A DNA stretch of 63,212 nt, filler included, from Octopus bimaculoides (taxonomy: Eukaryota): NCBI RefSeq assembly GCF_001194135.2. It is 6 parts of 6 records of this genome, joined end to end, with 100 filler letters (N's around TTAATTAATTAA, not from the genome) between each part and the next. Parts side by side here need not be neighbours in the genome. Positions count along the whole stretch, not along the records: positions 21,784 to 42,350 come from NC_069002.1; 5 more parts are not named here. One strand, 5' to 3'. Within the stretch, counting starts at the first letter, position 1. Each line of letters opens with the position of its first letter. A program made the translations under genes and the position numbers. Shown here piece by piece: positions 25,179 to 40,010 of the stretch. The notes under the pieces were generated by a model that saw nothing but the letters and a program-made list of their open reading frames with translations, did no database searches and had not been told where the DNA came from.

Positions 25179-26044
25179 CGTGCGTGTGAGAGAGAAAGAG
25201 AGAGAGAAAGTGAGGGAGAAAACTTTCGAAGTTATGATGAAAACAGTCAATTATTAATGTACGAATTAAATAAGAAAGAGATCAATGAGTCGTGAGAAAA
25301 CGGGGGGGGGGGGAAACAAGCAAGATGGCGGTGTTTCGAGGAAGTGAATAAGCAGCAGGGATTTAGAAGAGTAAAGGAGAGAAATGTGAAGGTTCGACCG
25401 TTAAATTCTATATTCAGAAAAAAAAAAAAGATCAACGCTTTTAGCTATGCGTAAAATAAAAAAAATATATATATAACTAAAAAACGAGATTAAATCGAAA
25501 TGAGGTTATTATATACGATATTAAGATTTTTATATTTGTGAAACGCGAGGGAAGTAAATAGCATCAAAGTATTTTTCCAGTTATGCGTGTGTAGGCAATG
25601 GCTCTCGGGTTTTTGACTTTTATGACAATTTGAGATCAAATATAACATTATTGACTCACTTCGTATGAGAAGCTTAAAAAGCCAGTTTTGTCTCAATCAT
25701 TTTTTTGCCTGTGGGCACCTTTGATTCTTGTTTTATTCGGATAGTTTTTCAAGACCATTTGAAGTTTAAAAAAAATTCCCATTATGTTTTTGCAATTGAA
25801 TATTATTAGGAATTGTATGAAATCATTGTTAAAATATTTTACGTATTGAAGAAGTCTAGTTGATTTATTGCATATAATTTTTAGCAACTAAATATGCCTC
25901 ACCTTCAAGGGCCATGTGGACCCCGGTCGAGAACGATTGTTTTAAACTTTAAAATCTGTTATTAATCAGAATTGTTTTTAACGCAACTATGATGCGAACT
26001 ATGGTGTCTGTTGTGTTCAGTCCCACTGTGATACAAAGCACATA

Positions 26045-26915
26045 TAACGTGGTGATATCAAAAGATTCCTGAACTAATTATGTTTAATAAAACAAAACAT
26101 ATTTACCTAAGTTTTATCATCATCTCCTTCCAAATAGTCACTTTGCGCAGCAATATACGGTCCCAGCGTTCCTACCACGTATGAAATCTGGCTTGGAAGT
26201 CTGTAAGCAAGTCGAGGAGCTTCTGCAATTTGCTCTGGATCTCGACAATGGTGTTAAAATGGCGCTTTTTGAGCTGCATTTCCCGCATTCATCTTCGAGA
26301 AGAGCTGGAAGTCCACAGGTGCTAAATCTGGCGAATAGGGCGGTTGTGTAAGGCGATACCACGTTGTTTTTTGGCGAGGAACTCACGAGGGAGGAGAGCT
26401 CGGGGAAGAATCCAATTCTTCGCGCTCCATAAATCCGGTCACTTTCGCCGAATGACCGCCCTCAAACACTTCAAAACGTCGCACTAGAATTCTTGATTAA
26501 CGGTCCGGCCATGGGGGACGAATTTGCAATGCACAGTAACACATTTCCGCGAGAGATGCACATGGCAGGTCTTCCGAATCGCTCATCGTCTTCCAAGGAT
26601 ATTCTTCCGTTTTTGAAGCACCTGTGTCACTCGAAACATTGCGTACGATCCATTGCCTCGTCTGTAGCAGACTTGCCAAGTTTAACGCAAAATTTCACGT
26701 TGGCTCTTTGTTCTTGTCCGTGACAAAATCGCAGACTACAGCAGACACGGGATCACAAAAACACAAATCTCACCACTTGCAAAGTAAACACAGCGATGTT
26801 CCTCAGCACACCGCCTCATAAAAGTCAGCTAGTTCTCACTGCACATGCAACTATGTGCTGCCATCTGTTGGCGTGCTACAGAACGAGTCCGGGCAGTTTT
26901 TGATACCATTTCGTA
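26045..26915 (-). mobile_element. Internally deleted mariner element with both ends
   Basis: Imperfect TIRs 'acgtggtgatatcaaaagattcctgaact' and 'agtccgggcagtttttgataccatttcgta'. The minus strand carries frameshifted transposase C-terminal sequence (VREFLAKKNVVS..., APVDF.LF.KM...FNTIVEIQSKLQK..., IAAQSDYLEGD) plus 5' sequence. Confidence 0.8.
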
Positions 26916-26984
26916 CATAAGCCTATATCGTAAAATTGTTTCCGAAATGAGGAAACACGCGAGTGCGCACGCACATACACACAG

Positions 26985-27022
<38 letters not shown>

Positions 27023-27076
27023 ATAAAGAATGTATTCATTGTGCGTGGGGTAATTAACTGAGTACCACTACCACCG

Positions 27077-27124
<48 letters not shown>

Positions 27125-27769
27125 NNNNNNNNNNNNNNNNNNNNNNNNNNNNNNNNNNNNNNNNNNNNNNNNNNNNNNNNNNNNNNNNNNNNNNNNNNNN
27201 NNNNNNNNNNNNNNNNNNNNNNNNNNNNNNNNNNNNNNNNNNNNNNNNNNNNNNNNNNNCCACCACCACCACCACCACCACGAGGGTGACGATTCAGTAA
27301 GACAGAAAGAACGAGAATATAGCCGAAAACCATTTATTATATTTCGAAAGAAAAGGAATTTTAGTGCCCGACTTGTTCGACTGGCAAATATTCATTCTTA
27401 CCTTGTTTTTAAGGGAAGATTAAATATCAGCTTAATTAACGATGAAACAGAATATAAATTAGTCAGAGAAAGACATAACTAAATGAGAATAATTAATTTA
27501 TTTACTTCTAAAAATAATCAAACTATCTCATGATTAATCGCTTATGGAATTCGCTGTTCTAAATATCATATTGAAAGTAATAGAAGTTAGTTATCATACT
27601 ATCTCTCGTCATGTGATACTATTTTGAATGTGAATTAATCAAACGAAGACAAAGTGAATTTCTACACCCACGCAAGAAACGAGAAGTCGAGCATCATTTT
27701 TGTTTTAACTGTTAATCGATGAGACAATGCGCAAGACTTGGGTAGTTCTCAAGATATTGGTTTCAAATT

Positions 27770-27975
27770 TTGATACCAGGGCAGAAATTTCGGGGAGAAA
27801 GAAGTAAGTCGATTACATTGACTCCAGTGATCGACTGGTAGTTGTTTTAATAGACCCCCGAATGAACGGACAAGTCGACCTCGGTGTAATTAGAACTCAG
27901 AATATAAAGACAGATGAATTGCCGCTAAAGCATCTTTTTCCTACGTTCTAAAGATTTTGGCAGCTCGCCGCCTTT
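27770..27975 (-). mobile_element. SINE family B, CpG-intact copy
   Basis: 'gtcgattacattgactccagtg...gtcgacctcgg...gccgctaagc...cagctcgccgcctt'. Confidence 0.75.
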
Positions 27976-28329
27976 GTGTCTTCAAAATATTGGTCCCTCT
28001 GGAATCTGTGTCCGTGCGCAACTGCAGCGCTCGAAATTTAATGCCTGCACAAGAAGGTTGGTTGTATAAAATAACTAATTGTTTTTAATTTAGCCACAAG
28101 GCCAGCCAAATTTTGATGTAATTTTGGGTGAGTGTGGTTAATCGATACTAGTGTGGACAAGAGTCTGCGAGATCTAACGCGTGAACAAGAAAGTTTGTTG
28201 CATAAAATATTTAATTTTTTGAAATTTTGACACAAGACCAGGAATATTGAGTGGAAAGTCGAACGATCAAGTATTTGAGAGTTAGTCTAATTTTATTGAT
28301 GACGGGATTCGAACTCAGAAAATACTCAG

Positions 28330-28800
28330 TTTTCGTGCCTATCCTCACCTATTGTGAGAGTTGTGCAATGACCGAAAAGAGTACGATAGCGAATACAAGC
28401 GGATCTTTGGAGAAACATTACTCGACAGGATGTGTTGCTCGGAGATCAGGGGAAAGCCACAAGTTCTCCTCACTGAGAGGTCACGGCTCCGGTCCCACGG
28501 ACATGTGGACATGTGTTTAAAAAAATCGCAGGAAAGAATCGCAAGATGGATTTTTTAAGCCGACTCAACTGGCGGGAGACTTAGGGTCAAACATAGAACG
28601 AAACGATTGGATGATATTCATAGTCTCAGTTGGTCACTCCTGGAAGTCCAGGCGAAAAGTGTAAAGACGAATGCTTCTGGTAGGACTCTACGGAGGAGGA
28701 GGTGCCTGAGAACCCTAACTTCATGATCCTTCAAGGAATAGTAATCAGAGAAGAGGATTGATGGGACGTGTCGGAAGAAATACTGCAGAGTATTTATTTC
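28330..28800 (+). mobile_element. RTE-type LINE ORF2 3' fragment
   Basis: FVPILTYCESCAMTE..., LLDRMCCSEIR, RLRSHGHVDM...QERIARWIF resemble a decayed RTE C-terminal region. Confidence 0.6.
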
Positions 28801-29494
28801 CACGCTTAAACAATTTTCTCGGCTCATAGTGTTTAAACAACAATCTAATTAATAAGTACCACCATAGGAACAGAGGCTCCAATTTTGGAAGGAAGAGTTT
28901 GTCGATTAAATAGCTCTGAACTCTTGGCTGTTATTTTATTTAGACACCTCCTCCCAAAGCGAAGGATGAAAAGCAAAGCTGATCTTGTCAAACATGAAGT
29001 CTAAATTACATGTTAGGAACATGTTAGGAATATGACAGCTGATACAAAGATGTTAGCCAACTCACCGCTTCAGCATAAAAAGGAACTGGGGAAGTTGAAT
29101 TGTACAGAAAAACAAGGAAGCTACTGTATGCGCCACAAATCGGCTGGCCCCCAACATGATGAGGGCTGAATATACCGATAATATCTGATATAGACAAAAT
29201 CTCGGTACATATTTACAAACTTAGAACATTAAGGATAAAAACTTGTGTGCTGAGGGTACTGCTGTATTCGGTCTACGAATGCAGAAATCGATGTCTCATC
29301 AGGTGGTGAAGCAACTCTGGAGACGTTTCGGATCCTTCCATCACGACACTATAGCTTCCCGGGGGCGACCCACTGATGGAGGCAACAAATCTACTGCGCA
29401 GCTACTTACCACACAGCCACTCCTACGCTTATGAGAACTTCACAAGGTATATAGTTTTGCTCATGAAGCAAATCGAAGCAGGGGCAGTATCGGA

Positions 29495-29547
<53 letters not shown>

Positions 29548-29573
29548 CATTATCATTATTATTATTGTTTTTA

Positions 29574-29637
<64 letters not shown>

Positions 29638-29950
29638 CATCATCGCAGTTTGATGTCCTGACAATTTGACAATTTGATGGCCATATAATTTAATTACCAT
29701 GCTGTTTAATTATTTAACAACCTAATCTAGGACAATTTGATTACGTCGAAAAATTTAACGACTGAACACTTTGATGAGCAAATGATATGATTACTCTTTC
29801 ATGGGCTTCAGTCACTTGATTTCGGCCATGCTGTAGCACCGCCTGATTGATTAATTTCTATATATCGAATTATTAAGTTCGATGAAACAGTAGAAACTTC
29901 AACGCCGAACAGTACAGATATAAACACAAAATTGTACACATACACGCGCG

Positions 29951-30041
<91 letters not shown>

Positions 30042-30170
30042 ACACACACATACACACACACAGTGAAAACAAACAGGAAGGGCTGCTAAGCCTAAACGAG
30101 ATTGTGGTGGCGTTCGCGTAAATCAAGCTAGGACAGAAGACAAACAAGAACACGTCTTCATTATTCCAGC

Positions 30171-30201
<31 letters not shown>

Positions 30202-30499
30202 TAAAAACGTAAAATTAAAACAGAACACAAAGGATTCCGCGGTACATGTGTTTCAAGCTTTATACACAAACAGTCGTTGCATCATTATATGGGTATATAA
30301 TTGATAGACAGGATGGTATAAAGCTATCTTTAGCCGCAAATATATTCTTTCACAAGCATTATATCACAAAGAAGAAGTCACCAAGAAAAAAGCAAAAGAG
30401 AGAGAAACATCAGAGAGAAAAAGGGGGAGTCCACTTGGTATTATCCATTGAATATCCATTGTTTTAATTTTACGTTTTTAATTTATTCTTTCGCCCCGG

Positions 30500-31199
30500 C
30501 CACTATCTGACATATACAGGTGCTTGCAATTATCAAGTATTACCTCTAAAAAAATTGCTTTACCTATATATATATATATATATATATATATAACAAATAG
30601 TGAGGGATTATCAATCCTGGCAAAATACTTCATAAGTCCTCTCTTGGGACTCCAGGCTAACAATAATATTTAGATTAGTGAAGAACTCCTGATATCTTTA
30701 TGGTAGGGTGTAGGGCTATAGCTCACCACAATTCTATATTGTTAATCCGTGGATGTGCTCCAGACAATAGGGATTTTACACAGAATGATATATAAAGCAA
30801 GTTTAAAATAATGTTCATTATACATTTCTCCTTTGCGGGAGCAAGTTTGACTCACAATTGTTTCTAGCGGTCATTGTAGGTACATTACTGGATAGATTTA
30901 CTCAATTTGTTTATTGATCAGTTGAGAACAATTGAACGACCTAAATAAACTAATGCTACTTTCGTGAGAGCCATTTCTGGTTATAACAAGCAGAGAACTG
31001 AAGGGAAGGCGAATGCACGGGGGGGGGAGAAAAAGATGGTAAGATGCAAGTAGAATAGAGAAAAGAGGAAGGCAGGTTACAAAAGGGCGAAGAGAAGTAG
31101 GGAAAGAATAGAGAAAAGGGTCACTTAATAGAAGCAGTGGTATTGGAGGGTCAAAGTTTTGGAAAGGGACAGTCATAAAACATTAGTGTTTGTATCAGG
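30500..31199 (-). repeat. Unclassified dispersed repeat, copy 1 (inverted relative to 31866-32212; same orientation as 46935-47220)
   Basis: ORFs 30898..31176(-) and 31891..32148(+) are near-identical paralogues. Shared boundary 'cctga..acaaacactaatgttttatgactgtccctttcc'. Confidence 0.7.
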
Positions 31200-31865
31200 T
31201 CAACACACATTGCCATATTAGTAATGTTTATAGGTTAGATGTTCTCCAACTGTTGTGTTGAAATTTGATATGGGCTATTTATACACATGGACAACTTAAG
31301 ATTTTAATATTTGGTGATTGTTGCTATCAAGCATAGTAGAGGAATTATATTAGAGGATGAAGGAATATCAGTAGTAATCATGTTGTGGTGCAGAGGTCGA
31401 GAATGTTCGGATTAGTTAGGATATAAATTACCGATAAATTGAGAGATGTTAAGTTGAAATGGGATTAGGTCGTGATCATAAACGAATATAAATTTAAATT
31501 AACTTCATTACACGAGTTTTAAGGTTTGAACCAATAAATGGGTTACGGATTAAAATCTGAATTAAAGTCAAATATTTCTAATTTTTGCACTAAAGCAAAC
31601 TAAGAATAAAAAAGTAAATAAAAAAATAAATTTACGGACTGAATGGTGATAATAAAACAAGAATGATGTTGATGACATCAAGATATTAATAACATTCCAA
31701 TATTGATATTAATAACATACCAATAAAATATTACAAAATAATAATAATAATAATAATGATTTCAAAATTTCCCACTAGGGCAGTCATTTTGGGGGTGAGT
31801 CGATTACATTAACCTCGGTGCTAGTACTTAGTTTATCGACCCCGAAAGCATGAAAGGCAAACTCG

Positions 31866-32212
31866 ACCTGACTACAAACACTAATGTTTTATGACTGTCC
31901 CTTTCCAAAATTTTGACCTTCCAATACCACTGTTTCTATTAACTGACCCCTTCCTCTATCTTTTCCTTACTTCTCTTCACCCCTTTGTAACTTACCTTCC
32001 TCTTTTCTCTGTTCTACTTGCATCTTTCCATCTTTTTCCCTCCCCCGTGCATTCGCTTGTTATAAGCAGAAATGGCTCTCACGAAAGTAGCATTAATTTA
32101 CTTAGGTCGTTCAATTTTTCTCAATTGATCACAAGACTAATTGAGTAAACCTATCAGAAATGTACCTATAATAACTGCTGGAAACAGCTGTAAGGGAAAC
32201 TTGCTCTAATAA
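31866..32212 (+). repeat. Unclassified dispersed repeat, copy 2
   Basis: Reverse complement of ~30840-31199. Confidence 0.7.
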
Positions 32213-32250
32213 AGAAGAAATGTGTAATGATCACTATCTTTAACTTGTTC

Positions 32251-32325
<75 letters not shown>

Positions 32326-32837
32326 AAACACACATAAACACACACACACGCACACATAAGACCATTAAGTGAGAGGACTGTTTTTATGAAAGTAGTGTCT
32401 TTGTTCTCGAAACTTCGTCCACTCAGTATGTTTTATAAGATTCTGTAAGTATTATGTGTTAATGACATTGTTCGTAATCCAGATGCGGTAACCTTATTTA
32501 AGTCAGCATCATCAACATCATCAATCTCACCATTATCATCATTTTCACCATTTTCACCTCCTTTCATCATCATAACCATCATCATCCTCATTATGATCGC
32601 CTTTATCATCATCATCAGCAGCAGCTTTATATAGGTTTATCATCGCATCACCACAACGCCGACGACGACCCTCCCTCCTCACCACAACCACCACCAGCTC
32701 CGCCAACACCATTACCATTACTACCATCACTAATCTTATAATTTGCATTCACATTCAATCAAGTTTCGCAGCAAATTCTAGATTTGAAAAAAACAACAAC
32801 ACTCATAGCTCCCAACCAAAAACATCTAGCGACGCAA

Positions 32838-32872
<35 letters not shown>

Positions 32873-33011
32873 ACCACCTAAACAGCCAAGAGAAACAATG
32901 GAAATAAAAGTGAGCAAGAAAGAGTGAGAGAGAGAGAGACAAAAAGAGAGGGAAACAGAAAAGTATTGAGATATACAGACAATGTGAGATAAGGAAAGGA
33001 ATCCATATATA

Positions 33012-33047
<36 letters not shown>

Positions 33048-33238
33048 TATATATATGTATATGTATATATTTATTTATATATATGTGTGTGTGTATAAAT
33101 ATATATGTGTATGTATTTATATATGTGTATAAATATATGGATACGAATTGAGATACAGGAAAGTACATAAATATATACATACATTGATAGAGAGAGAGAA
33201 AAAGAGAAAGAGAGAGTGGGAGAGGGAAAAGGGCAGAA

Positions 33239-33276
<38 letters not shown>

Positions 33277-33459
33277 GGAGAGGAAAGGAGAGAATGAAAC
33301 CGGGAGCGAGAGAAACTTTATATCAGTATTGATTCTTCCATTTCTGAAGTAATCGATAACGGCACATATCATGTTGACGATCATAAAAGCTGTTATATTT
33401 GATTGCTAAGATTATAAATGGAGAAAAACTATCATCTTTATCTCATCACCTCCAATGTT

Positions 33460-33496
<37 letters not shown>

Positions 33497-33646
33497 GTGT
33501 GTGTNNNNNNNNNNNNNNNNNNNNNNNNNNNNNNNNNNNNNNNNNNNNNNNNNNNNNNNNNNNNNNNNNNNNNNNNNNNNNNNNNNNNNNNNNNNNNNNN
33601 NNNNNNNNNNNNNNNNNNNNNNNNNNNNNNNNNNNNNNNNNNNNNN

Positions 33647-33679
<33 letters not shown>

Positions 33680-33899
33680 TATGTATATGCATGTATGTAT
33701 GCATGTATGAATGTATGTATATATGTATGTATGTATGTATGCATGTATGTATACATTTACATACACATGCATACACACTCGCACACACACTCACATATAT
33801 CCCTCTCTCCGTCACTTAGTAATTAATGGCTTTCATATAAAGATAGCACAAACACTAACGATCTAACAAATTACAACTATCTATTTACAACCAGTCCAA

Positions 33900-33938
<39 letters not shown>

Positions 33939-34428
33939 TACACACACATACACACATACATGTGATTGAACAATCGGAATAAAATAGCACTCCACATATT
34001 TTTTTCCAGTCGTATTACATGCATTTAGTAGAAGTTTTATTTAGCTCCACATTACTTTTTAAGTTTCGTGAGCATATAATACACCCACAGCATCAGATGT
34101 TTGAAGAGAGAAAGGAGAGAATTAAAGATATATTTCCTTTTAATTTGCAGAAAATAAATAAATAAATAAATAAATAAAGATTTTCTCTTTCTGTGTTACT
34201 CTTTCTCCACTTTCCTCCTTACACCTAGATTTTGTATTCGTATATCGGACGAAGGTTTCTGCTCTAGATGTCTTACGTTTATATTTAAACTTCACTTATT
34301 TCTTCGTGCATCGAACAAATAATTTCCACTGTCAACATCCCTTGAACTTTTGTTGTCTTAGAATACTTCTTTTGCTAGTGATTTGCTTACACGTGCATAC
34401 ATAAATACATACACACGCGCACTAACAG

Positions 34429-34468
<40 letters not shown>

Positions 34469-34478
34469 NNNNNNNNNN

Positions 34479-34519
<41 letters not shown>

Positions 34520-36916
34520 GTACCATAAGCTTCTAAAACAAAACAGAACAGAAAATTCAGACACAAGACACGGACGTTTCCTTACCTCGCCAGTCCAAAC
34601 ATTCATTACAATTTCGCGCCTTTAACGATAGTACTAAAAAATAACTCAAATAGTTCAAATACTAAGAAATAAGCATGGTTTATACGAAATAATTTACGAA
34701 CATGAATGGGTTATTTCCCTTGGCTATATATAAGGATCTCTCTCAGGAGCGAATGGGCTATTTCGGTTGGAGTTTTAAAAATATATTTGTTATATGTAGT
34801 AGATATAAGAATCCATTACAGGGGCCCTATTATCGATTTTTTTCAACAATCTAAGTATGTCACTAGTTTTCCAGACATGAGTTTTACTCACGTGTCAAGT
34901 TTCATCAAAATAGATAAAACGATGTAGATAATAACGCCACAAACATACACAGCCACAGATTTCCACATATGTAGTATATATATACATATATATATATATA
35001 TANNNNNNNNNNNNNNNNNNNNNNNNNNNNNNNNNNNNNNNNNNNNNNNNNNNNNNNNNNNNNNNNNNNNNNNNNNNNNNNNNNNNNNNNNNNNNNNNNN
35101 NNNNNNNNNNNNNNNNNNNNNNNNNNNNNNNNNNNATATATATACGTATATATATATGCATACTTAGACACGGTGTCCTAGAATGTATTATCTCCTTCAA
35201 TGAAATTAGGTAAATTTTAAAAAGAAGCAGACAGAATTCTAGGTTTGTTACTTAATTATGATATCAAAATAATTAGATTTATAAATCTTGCGTCAAACTT
35301 TATTGAGAATTTTCAACGTGTGCTCTGTCTGTGTTCCTACAAATTTCACATCTGTGTTGCGAAACACATTTTTGAAGCATTTCAGTATTTAATTGAATAC
35401 GTTTTTAAAGTTCAGCTAAACTATTGCTCCGTCCTGGAGATGGAGGTAGAGAGATTGATTGCAGACAAACTGAAAAATAGCTGTTGTGGGCAGATAGGTG
35501 GGATCCAACGGGAATGAAAAAAATAAATTAGGAAAAAAATTATAAAGATTATAAAATTGTAAACAAAATAAAAAAAATTATAGACTTTCAACACATATTA
35601 AACATATAATATATACGTGATATTTACATGATACATGTATAGCATCTAAAACAGTTTGATACGGCTCCATGCGTCCCTAAGGAGTAGGTGCCTGAGGACT
35701 CTAACCTGCGATACTTCCGGAAATAATGCATGGATAAGACGAACGGATGGATGGACACATTTTTGCATGTTAAATTTAATAACGAACGCATTGGGCAGGG
35801 TTGAATCAAATTTAGGTGATTACTCTCGTTATGTCTAAGGAAATTTTTCTCTGGAGACAATTTCGGCAGCATGTCGCTTTATGTCAAGTGTACACGAACA
35901 TATTAATATAATTTATACATGCTTATATTTCATTTGACGCAGTTTAGTGCGTCTCTAATTTATACATACATACGTACATACGTACATATATTCATACACA
36001 CACATATATTCATACGTACATGCATATATTCATATATGCGCACACACGCACACACATGTATGTAGTATGTATGGATTTATGTATGCATGTACGCATGTAT
36101 GTATGCATGTATGTTTGTATGTATATATGTACATACACACATACATATATATATACATATATACACACACACACATAGATACATATATATATATATATAT
36201 ATATATANNNNNNNNNNNNNNNNNNNNNNNNNNNNNNNNNNNNNNNNNNNNNNNNNNNNNNNNNNNNNNNNNNNNNNNNNNNNNNNNNNNNNNNNNNNNN
36301 NNNNNNNNNNNNNNNNNNNNNNNNNNNNNNNNNNNNNNNNNNNNNNNNNNNNNNNNNNNNNNNNNNNNNNNNNNNNNNNNNNNNNNNNNNNNNNNNNNNN
36401 NNNNNNNNNNNNNNNNNNNNNNNNNNNNNNNNNNNNNNNNNNNNNNNNNNNNNNNNNNNNNNNNNNNNNNNNNNNNNNNNNNNNNNNNNNNNNNNNNNNN
36501 NNNNNNNNNNNNNNNNNNNNNNNNNNNNNNNNNNNNNNNNNNNNNNNNNNNNNNNNNNNNNNNNNNNNNNNNNNNNNNNNNNNNNNNNNNNNNNNNNNNN
36601 NNNNNNNNNNNNNNNNNNNNNNNNNNNNNNNNNNNNNNNNNNNNNNNNNNNNNNNNNNNNNNNNNNNNNNNNNNNNNNNNNNNNNNNNNNNNNNNNNNNN
36701 NNNNNNNNNNNNNNNNNNNNNNNNNGTATATATATATATGTATATATATATATGTATATATATATATATGTATGTATGTATGAATGTATGTATATGTATG
36801 TATATGTATGTATATATACATGTATGTATGTACATATATATATATATATATATACATACACCCATACATACATACGTGTGTGTATATATATACAGTTACA
36901 AATGTATTATGACAAG

Positions 36917-36961
<45 letters not shown>

Positions 36962-37808
36962 CACACGTATGCATTCATATAATGTTACACGCATTTTATA
37001 GATAAAATGCGTTTGTGTTTATACACACAATTACACACATACAAGCGCACACTCACACTAACACAAACGCACATACGCGTGCACAGTCACACACACGCAC
37101 ACGCAAATGTGTAATAAGCAGGGTATAGTGAAATTGCTGTGGCGGTGGATAGTAATAACCCTTTTCATTACTATGAACGTACTGGAGAACCTTCTCCCCT
37201 TCTGGATGTTGCTTTGTTGTTAAGCCCCTAATCTACCCTTATCGAACTTTACTTAAGAAATACCATATTATCGAGGTGCTCTTCCATTCTTTTTAAAATG
37301 GTTGGTTATGCTTGAAGGGTTTAGCTGCTACTTCTAGCAGCACCACTGGCATTGTAGAGGCTCTTCCATTTCGTCTTGTGTTTTTCTTTCGAAGACTTTT
37401 CTTTATCTTTTCTCTCTCACTTGTTTCAGTCATAAAAAGTTTCGCTTAAAATTAAAGCTCATCAGTGGTGACTTCTAAACTCCGATTGTCAGTGTATAGC
37501 ATTGGCCATAAGAATCAATGGCTGATTCAACAAAATGATAATATAAAAATTGTAAAATAACGAAGGCAGCTATACGCAATATATAACCAAAAAAGGAAAA
37601 AATTCGATTGTCACTAATTGTGGCTGACGGTGTAGGGGAGCATCTACCTTGCTAGAAATAAGAGTTAAAAGCATTTACAGTCGCAAAGAAACATATGTCT
37701 GTGCATTGACAGGGGAGATAACCGCCTCACAGCGAGCGAGATCACATGTGTGTGTGTATGCGCGTACACACACACACACACGCACACATACACACGCACA
37801 TACACACG

Positions 37809-37862
<54 letters not shown>

Positions 37863-37910
37863 TATATATTTACACACATACATACACACACACACTCATT
37901 NNNNNNNNNN

Positions 37911-37959
<49 letters not shown>

Positions 37960-38533
37960 CATACACGCACACATACACACATAGATACGATCCCACTTTC
38001 AAACATATTTACTCACGCATACGTACACACGCAGAATAACACACGCATATACACATGCTGTGTAATTGGCTGAAAAAAAGTTCAAAGTGTAAATATGTCG
38101 AAATAATTATAAATGGACATACGTTTCTGCTACTTAATTGGTCAACTAGCTGGTGACTAGCTTAGCCATCATCTGGAATGAAATAGTGAGGACCACTGAT
38201 TTATACAAACGAAATTTATGAGCAATAGTTAAATCTCATGCAATAATTGGATGAAATTTCATAGATATTCGTTCCACTCTTAGTAATTGTTAGTTAACCC
38301 GACGACTAAGCATCAACAAATATTGCAAAAGTAATATTTATAGAGGTGTAATGTTTAATTGGCCGAAATACTTGAAAGCAAAGATGTCTTGAGCAAATAT
38401 GGACAAAACCGTTCTAAAAAAATTACAGGTTTATAATTATTAAGAGAAACTTTAGTTGTATTTCTATGTATTTTCGTATAGTTACATTATATTTTAGGTC
38501 ATTTAGAATGCTTGCTAATATGTATACACACAC

Positions 38534-38585
<52 letters not shown>

Positions 38586-38649
38586 CACACACACACAAGG
38601 CAAAAGATGGATGAAGTTATAAATCTCACCTTTTACTTGTTTCTGTCAA

Positions 38650-38925
38650 TATAATACGGCCATGCTGGGGCACCACCTTCTACAATTTTAGGTCGAATGA
38701 ATCGACCTCGATACTATCGGGCTTCTTTTAGTATCCGTCAACTAAATCCACTCACAGCGGGCTTCTTTCGGTTTCCGTCAACTAAATCAACTCACAAGAC
38801 TTTGGTCAGTTCGAGGCTTAGGTCAGCCCGAGGTTATAGTAGAAGACACTTGTCCAAAATACCACTGAGTGAGACTGAACCCAGAACCATGCGGCTGCAA
38901 ACTTCATACAGCCACGTTTGTGCCT
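38650..38925 (-). mobile_element. SINE family A with internal duplication
   Basis: 'cggccatgctggggcacc' at the start; 'gggcttctttta/cggtttccgtcaactaaatc(c/a)actcaca' occurs twice; head 'gagactgaacccagaaccatg'. Confidence 0.7.
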
Positions 38926-39534
38926 GATGCTTGTATTTTCTTATATATTGGTTTCCTATTTCTGTATTTGAATTTTGCCACTCATCTTTCTGTAGATCAA
39001 ATTCGGTTCTTCACCATTCCAACTGAAACATATTAACACAAATCTATCTTTAATATATGTAGACGCAATGCACATAACTGCTTCTAATGAATATCTATAC
39101 CAGAAACAGCTGTAAAGAACTACTTGCGCTTTCCTCTCAATTACCTCCGAAATTATTATTATTGATCCCATAAATTTTATTTACCGATCAAAGTTGAACC
39201 AATACGAAGGACATCTCAAATTCTCCTTTATCACATTAAGGACATTACTGTATGAATTTCCTATGCCGAATCATTATGAACTTCCATCTTCCGGATTCTC
39301 TTGCTTTTCTAGTAAATTTATGCATTTCTCTACTCTCTTTCAAATGAATGAATTGATGCCTTGCAACAGCCTATTCATATCTACATTAGCTTGACATGTA
39401 CATTGCCTGTAACTAATTCTTATTTCAATGAATATTAATGTTGGATTTTAGACACAGTGTGTGACCGGAGTACGTAGTGCATGTACCTATCATATTATAT
39501 GACTTTTTGACATTTTCTTGCCTATATATATATA

Positions 39535-39578
<44 letters not shown>

Positions 39579-39677
39579 TGTGTAAAACCCTTGATTCAAT
39601 AACATTGTGTATATACATATATACATCTATAAATACACACTTGTATATATGTATATGTATAAACATATGTACATATA

Positions 39678-40010
39678 TGAAAGCGCATGGTTCAGTGGTT
39701 AGAGAGTTGGGCTTACAACCGTGAAGTAGTGAGTTCTTTTCCCGAACCGAACTGTGTGTTGTGTTCTTGAGCAAGATGTTGCTCCAATTCATTCAGCTGT
39801 AGAAATGAGTTGCAGCGTCACTGATGCCAAGCTATGTCGGCCTCTTTGCCTTTCTCTGGGATAACATCAGTGGTGTGAAAAGGGGAGGCTGGTATAGATG
39901 GACGACTGCTGGTCTTCCAGAAACAAATCTGCCCGGACTTGTGTCTCGGAGGGTAACGTTCTAGGTGCAATCCTATGGTCATTCATGATCGAAAAGGTCC
40001 TTTACCCTTC
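39678..40010 (+). mobile_element. tRNA-derived SINE, family C
   Basis: Head 'gaaagcgcatggttcagtggttagag', core 'gtgttgtgttcttgagcaaga...cagctgtagaaatgagttg', 3' part 'ggcgactgctggtcttcc'. Confidence 0.8.

Noticed and set aside
34600-38420. Helitron/Helentron-associated-like fragments ('aagtttcatcaaaat', 'ttccggaaataatgc..gacgaacggatggatggac')
   Set aside because: Short, degenerate and broken by gaps; boundaries could not be defined.
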